Positions 44,893 to 48,780 of a stretch of 48,780 nt of DNA are shown in pieces. Source of the stretch: Pirellulales bacterium (lineage in GTDB: Bacteria; Planctomycetota; Planctomycetia; Pirellulales; JAICIG01); contig DATLQY010000967.1 in assembly GCA_035534975.1 (NCBI GenBank), positions 1 through 48,780 on the forward strand, given 5' to 3'. The first letter of the stretch is position 1, and every line of letters starts with the position of its first letter. The notes under the pieces are model-generated. The model made no database searches, was not told the origin of the DNA, and was given only the letters and a program-made list of their open reading frames with translations. The position numbers were made by a program, and so were the translations under genes.

Positions 44893-45366
44893 TCACGGCT
44901 TGACGAACAACCGTTTCTCATAGTCCGCGACGACGAACCGCTTTCCCTTGGCGACGACCTGGTGTCCTTCGGCTTCCAGTTGCAGCTTCAATTGCCGGGC
45001 GCCACCGGGGTATTTCGGGTTCAACTCGCCGCCCGTCTTGAGCGTGCGCCAGTAGGGAGTGATTCGGACCTTACCGTCGGTGGCGGCCTCTTCGGCGGCG
45101 TGGGCGGCAATCCAGGCAAAAATACCGGTGCAAATCGGGCAGCCGATCGTCGCACCGTGTTCCCGGGCCACGATCGCGCGGATCTCGTTGATCGTGATCA
45201 GCTTGCCGCGCGGCACGCGCTTCATGATCGCATCGACCTCGCGCGGGGCTGGAATCGCCACTGTGCCGCGTCCCCAACGGGCCTGCATCTTGCCCGCAAT
45301 CGGCACCACCTTCGGCAGATCCTTGTCGTCGGCAAGTTTTTCACGCCAGGTTTTGCGTCTGGACAT
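44893..45366 (-). CDS. MGMT-family protein (methylated-DNA-protein-cysteine methyltransferase DNA-binding-domain-like), 157 aa
   Basis: ATG at 45366. Product: MSRRKTWREKLADDKDLPKVVPIAGKMQARWGRGTVAIPAPREVDAIMKRVPRGKLITINEIR..GCPICTGIFAWIAAHAAEE..ITPYWRTLKTGGELNPKYPGG. The 38-aa extension in the track is Ser/Arg/Pro-rich. Confidence 0.72.
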   Translation of the reverse strand: MSRRKTWREKLADDKDLPKVVPIAGKMQARWGRGTVAIPAPREVDAIMKRVPRGKLITINEIRAIVAREHGATIGCPICTGIFAWIAAHAAEEAATDGKVRITPYWRTLKTGGELNPKYPGGARQLKLQLEAEGHQVVAKGKRFVVADYEKRLFVKP

Positions 45367-45376
45367 GTCAACCTCG

Positions 45377-46642
45377 CTACGGCTTGGCGACCTTCCACAG
45401 GTGGGCGTCGCTACGGAAATAGAGCGCGCCGTCGGCGACGGCGGGCGAACCAAGGATCGGCTCGCCGAAATCGTACTCACTGACCAGTTCTCCCGGGTCG
45501 CCGCCGTCGCCGGCCCCGAGCCGCACCACTTGGGCCAGGCCCTTGTCGTTCACACAGTAGGCATGTCCGGCGGCGATCGCCGGCGTGGCCCAAAACGGTC
45601 CGGCCAACCGTAGCCGCCAGTGGACCTTACCGGTCGATGTGTCGCCGCACGTCAGCACCGAAGCGCTGTTGAGCGTGTAGATCCGGCCTTCGTTGATGAT
45701 CGGGCTGGAATTGGTCGGAGCCAATTTTGCATCTTGCCAGTGGACCTTGGGAGGCTGGTTGCCGGGCTGGCGCGAAAGCGCCGTCAGCCCGTCGGCGGGT
45801 ACGAAGATGCCGTTCCCGTCCGCGACGACCGAAGCGATATTGCTCGCGGCGAACGGAAGTGACCAAAGCTGCTTGCCCGTGCGCGGATGATTGGCGGAGA
45901 GCTCCTTGGGCGATTGCAGCAACACAACGTCGTCGGCCGACGTCTTGCCTCGCCAGAGGGCGGGCGAGCTCCAGTTCATCGCCTTGCCACGCGCGATTCG
46001 CCAGCGCGATTCACCCGTTCGAACGTCGAGCCCGGTGGCGAATGATTCGCCAAGGTCCTCGACTTGCGCCACGACCGTTTCATCGGCGACCAAGGGTGAA
46101 GCCGCCATCCCAACGTCGTTGCCGGCCGTGGGAAAGTCGAACGCCAGCCCTCGGAACCAGAGCAAGTTCCCTTCCAGGTCGAGGCAAGCCATGTCGTTCG
46201 AGGAGAAGAATGCGAAGATGCGCTGTCCGTCGCTGGCGGGCGTGGGCGCGGCGACGGCCATCGTGGGATGGCAGAGCGTACGGCCGGTGGCCCAGAACTG
46301 CCGCTGCCAGGCCGGTGTACCCGTCGCGGCGTCGAACGCGAGCACGTGCAAGCGGTCTTGTTTGTAACCGCTTGACGCGGTGACGATCACCGTGCCCGAA
46401 ACGACGATGGGACTCGAGACGCCGCGGCCCGGAAGGTCGGCCCGCCAGGCGATGTTCTCGCCCCTTCCGTCAACGAGCGTTTGGCCCCATGAAGTCGGCA
46501 CCGAGCTTTCCGTCGAAACGCCGGTCGAATCGTTGCCGCGAAACTGTCGCCAATCGGCGCCACACGTCATCAGACTCGTTAAGGCAAGGATTAAACTGGG
46601 CGACCGCCGCGACGCACCGTAACGGAATTTAATATTGAGCAA
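45377..46642 (-). CDS. PQQ-like (BamB-like) beta-propeller repeat protein, secreted
   Basis: TTG start at 46642 with GGGAGG about 7 nt upstream. Signal/lipobox-like: SLILALTSLMTCGADW. Other motifs: WRQFRGNDSTGVS, IAWRADLPGRGVSSPIVV, G.P.W.., and repeated W-containing blades. It ends 10 nt before the MGMT-like start. Confidence 0.85.
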   Translation of the reverse strand: MLNIKFRYGASRRSPSLILALTSLMTCGADWRQFRGNDSTGVSTESSVPTSWGQTLVDGRGENIAWRADLPGRGVSSPIVVSGTVIVTASSGYKQDRLHVLAFDAATGTPAWQRQFWATGRTLCHPTMAVAAPTPASDGQRIFAFFSSNDMACLDLEGNLLWFRGLAFDFPTAGNDVGMAASPLVADETVVAQVEDLGESFATGLDVRTGESRWRIARGKAMNWSSPALWRGKTSADDVVLLQSPKELSANHPRTGKQLWSLPFAASNIASVVADGNGIFVPADGLTALSRQPGNQPPKVHWQDAKLAPTNSSPIINEGRIYTLNSASVLTCGDTSTGKVHWRLRLAGPFWATPAIAAGHAYCVNDKGLAQVVRLGAGDGGDPGELVSEYDFGEPILGSPAVADGALYFRSDAHLWKVAKP

Positions 46643-46711
46643 CGTCGCGCCTCCCTTGGTCGAAGTGAACGCGGTAGGTCAGTTTTCCAGCCTCGTGGGG
46701 GCGGCCACGTC

Positions 46712-46783
46712 CGTAGAACGGAATTCATTCCGTTGGCGTGTTCGAAAACCTGCCCACGGGAAAACGGAATGAATTCCGTTCTA
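46712..46783. repeat. Perfect 22-bp inverted repeat with a 28-nt spacer. Each arm is itself palindromic (nested-palindrome REP-like element).
   Basis: Left arm: GTAGAACGGAATTCATTCCGTT (46712-46733). Right arm: AACGGAATGAATTCCGTTCTAC (46762-46783). Each arm contains AACGGAAT-NN-ATTCCGTT. The spacer contains cgaaaacctgcccacgg, which resembles the arm of the element at 23290-23349. Confidence 0.85.
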
Positions 46784-46834
46784 CATCTACGGCCGAATTT
46801 CCTCACATCGAGTCTAGCCAATGGACTCGCCGCG

Positions 46835-47263
46835 TCAAGACTCGGAGCGTCGGTCCGCCGAACCGGCTGACGACGCGGCTACGGCAAAGGCCAACCAGGC
46901 GACGATGAGGGCCAGGCCGCCGACCGGGATTACCCGCCCAAGCCAATGAGGCGCGCCGAAGACGATGGCGTAGAGGCAACCGGAAAAAAGCGCCGTGCCG
47001 GCGACGAACCCCCAACCGGCCGCGTTGAGCCATTGCGATTGTCGATAGATCGCCGCGAACCCCACCAAGACCAACGCCAGGGCATGGTACATCTGGTACC
47101 GCACGGCCGTTTCGTAGTTCTCCAACCGTTTTGCAAGCAACTCCTGCACAAACCCCTCGCCGTTGCTGAGAAACGCCTCGAGCCCGTGCGCTCCGAACGC
47201 CCCGGTGATGACGGCCAAACCTGCGAGCACGGCGCCGCAGGTGATCCACTGGTTGGGTTTCAA
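46835..47263 (-). CDS. DUF423-family small membrane protein
   Basis: TTG start at 47263 with GGAG about 9 nt upstream. 142 aa with four hydrophobic segments. GAFGAHG and YQMYHALAL motifs are typical of DUF423/YgdD-like proteins. Confidence 0.85.
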   Translation of the reverse strand: MKPNQWITCGAVLAGLAVITGAFGAHGLEAFLSNGEGFVQELLAKRLENYETAVRYQMYHALALVLVGFAAIYRQSQWLNAAGWGFVAGTALFSGCLYAIVFGAPHWLGRVIPVGGLALIVAWLAFAVAASSAGSADRRSES

Positions 47264-47346
47264 GAGGTTGGCTCCAGGAACTAACTTGTACGGTCCCTGA
47301 TGGTTATAGCCTATTCAAATCTGGAAAGGTCAAAAGTGCGACGATT

Positions 47347-47402
47347 GACCAAAGGCCAAAGGCCAATGACCAGTGACAAATGACCAATGACCAAAGACAA
47401 AA
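47347..47402. repeat. Heptanucleotide tandem repeat, 8 units (GRCMAAW)
   Basis: gaccaaa ggccaaa ggccaat gaccagt gacaaat gaccaat gaccaaa gacaaaa, in strict 7-nt register from 47347 to 47402. Confidence 0.85.
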
Positions 47403-47434
47403 AGCCAGCGCGGCTCTTTGCGGGCCGCGCTGGC
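47399..47434 (-). terminator. Rho-independent terminator for the secretin gene
   Basis: On the minus strand: GCCAGCGCGGC-ccgcaaaga-GCCGCGCTGGC (11-bp GC-rich stem, plus-strand coordinates 47404-47434) followed by TTTTT (47399-47403). It lies 34 nt downstream of the stop at 47468. Confidence 0.65.
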
Positions 47435-47467
47435 CCAGGAGGGAACATTCTCGTTGTCGGTGGACGT

Positions 47468-48780
47468 TTACGGCGCGGTCGGAATGCCCAGGTTTTCTTC
47501 TTCCTCTTCCAGAATGATGATGCGGGGCGTGACCATCATCATCAGGCTCTGCGTCTCGCGACCGGTGGCCGTATTCGTGAATAAGCGGTTCACATAGGGG
47601 ATCTTGCTCAACAGCGGCACGCCGAACTCGTTTCGGCCTTCGCTCAAGCGCTTGATGCCGCCCAAGAGCACCGTGCCGCCGTCAGGCACGCTGACGGTGG
47701 TGGCGACCGAGAACACGGCAAACGACGGCAACTGCACGGTCGTGCCCTCGGAAGTGTTGGCCTGCGAGTTGCTCCGCGCCGTCGTCAGGTCGCTGGGACC
47801 TTCCTGGCTCGCCGATTGGGTGCTGGAACTTGAGCCGGTGAAGGTGAAGGTATTGACCGCGGTGATCTTGCTGAAGAAGGGGACCAACGTCAAGCGAACG
47901 AAGCGCCGGTCGTTGGAGACCACCGCTTGCACCGACAAGGCCGATCCCTCGTTGAGCACCAGGATCACCGGTTGGTTGGCCGCCGCGAAAGCGCCCACCA
48001 CCGGGATCACGCTGATCACGAACGGCGTGTACGTCAAGTCCTGCACGAATGCCCTTTGGCCGTTGAACAAGGTCACTTTAGGAGCTTGCAGCACGTTGCT
48101 GCGGCGGTCACCCTGCGAGGCTTCGATGAAGAAGAACGCCTCCAGCTTACTGAGGATCGCGAAACCGAGCTGGGCGCCGGCACCGGCCTGGTAGCCGCCG
48201 AATTGAGGGATCGCCAGCGGAAAGCTCCCCTGTTGCACCGGGATGTCGAGGTTGGCGCTGTAGGTGGTGGCCGTCGCCATGCCGACCGTCACCCCTTGGT
48301 TCGTCTGAAACTCGGGCAGCGAATAATCGCGGTTTTGGCCCGGCGGGGGGAAGGCGGTCGGCGTGGTGATCGGAACTTCGGAGGTTTGTTGACCAAACAA
48401 AGCGAACGGCTTTTGCGAATAGGTCGGTATGTTGAGGTCGAAGCTTACCCCGATCCTTTCGAAGAAGTTGTCGTTGAGACTGATGAACCGGACCTCGATG
48501 GTGACCTGCAAATCCTGCAAACGGCGAAGCTGGTCGAGCAAATCGGCGATTTCCTCGTGGACCTCCTGGGTCTGGCTCACGACCAGGCTCAGGTTCCCCT
48601 TGAATTCGTTGATCGTGCCGGGACCGCCGACTTCGGCCCAGGTGGTGGGCGCGATCGTGGACGTGATCAGCTCGATCAGACTTTCGAAGTCGGCCTGGTC
48701 TCCGCCTCCCAGTCCGCCGGGCCCGAAGCCCGTCGGGTCGCCTCTCGACATTGCCGAACCCATGCCGGTGGCCTTATTCA
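47468..48780 (-). CDS. Secretin-family outer-membrane channel protein (GspD/PilQ-like), with its 5' end beyond the right edge
   Basis: The frame stays open upstream of Met 48763 to the window edge (..NKATG-MGSAMS). Motifs: FESLIELITSTIAPTTWAEVGGPGTINEF..LVVSQTQEVHEEIADLLDQLR, VLQAPKVTLFNGQ, and the C-terminal secretin signature GGTVLLGGIKRLSEGRNEFGVPLLSKIPYVNRLF. Confidence 0.85.
   Translation of the reverse strand, partial: NKATGMGSAMSRGDPTGFGPGGLGGGDQADFESLIELITSTIAPTTWAEVGGPGTINEFKGNLSLVVSQTQEVHEEIADLLDQLRRLQDLQVTIEVRFISLNDNFFERIGVSFDLNIPTYSQKPFALFGQQTSEVPITTPTAFPPPGQNRDYSLPEFQTNQGVTVGMATATTYSANLDIPVQQGSFPLAIPQFGGYQAGAGAQLGFAILSKLEAFFFIEASQGDRRSNVLQAPKVTLFNGQRAFVQDLTYTPFVISVIPVVGAFAAANQPVILVLNEGSALSVQAVVSNDRRFVRLTLVPFFSKITAVNTFTFTGSSSSTQSASQEGPSDLTTARSNSQANTSEGTTVQLPSFAVFSVATTVSVPDGGTVLLGGIKRLSEGRNEFGVPLLSKIPYVNRLFTNTATGRETQSLMMMVTPRIIILEEEEENLGIPTAP

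Noticed and set aside
1-48780. Mobile genetic element, prophage, genomic island, tRNA, rRNA or known defence system
   Set aside because: I found no integrase, transposase, recombinase, phage structural, restriction-modification, Cas or toxin-antitoxin signatures in any frame I read. I also found no cloverleaf-like or rRNA-like segments in the intergenic regions.

Overview
48.8-kb, visibly GC-rich bacterial chromosomal segment. All family calls come from reading translations and recalling motifs; no database search was possible. The motif set points to Planctomycetota: an LExLExRxLLS-type N-terminus on a giant repeat protein, a DPYHKWLGIPP J-like N-terminus, Cys-type sulfatases, ECF sigma factors paired with eukaryotic-like Ser/Thr kinases (STKs), and nested-palindrome REP-like elements. 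I call about 30 protein-coding genes, 3 probable gene remnants, several repeat elements and one clear intrinsic terminator. I found no rRNA, tRNA, CRISPR, transposase, integrase or phage genes. Layout: (1) 1-8227 (-) is a giant surface-protein gene that is not in the supplied ORF track because it runs off the left edge. It holds three CSLREA/beta-helix modules, a LamG domain and arrays of 297-bp coding repeats. (2) 8415-12870 holds an ECF sigma factor and an STK with FGE-like and LamG-like ectodomains. (3) 13187-17632 (-) holds small unknown genes, a LamG-like remnant, a J-like protein and an orphan flavoprotein pair. (4) 18132-23257 holds an esterase, a Gfo/Idh/MocA oxidoreductase, a sulfatase, a thioredoxin-fold remnant and a lipoprotein. 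(5) 23535-31047 is a four-gene secreted module: an FG-GAP propeller protein, a PDZ-less HtrA-like protease and two tandem ~700-aa paralogues of unknown function. This is my best candidate for an uncharacterised system. (6) 31025-33618 (-) holds a cupin-GNAT fusion and a second sulfatase. (7) 33709-37123 holds a second ECF sigma factor overlapping an anti-sigma(ZAS)-STK-WD40 fusion. (8) 37185-41542 holds housekeeping-type genes, including panB and a YyaL-like protein. (9) 41727-44852 is a frame-broken third STK with a P-loop and an FGE-like domain. (10) 44893-48780 (-) holds MGMT-like, BamB-like and DUF423 genes and a secretin gene truncated at the right edge. Many long ORFs in the track are GC-driven shadow frames, and I rejected them.
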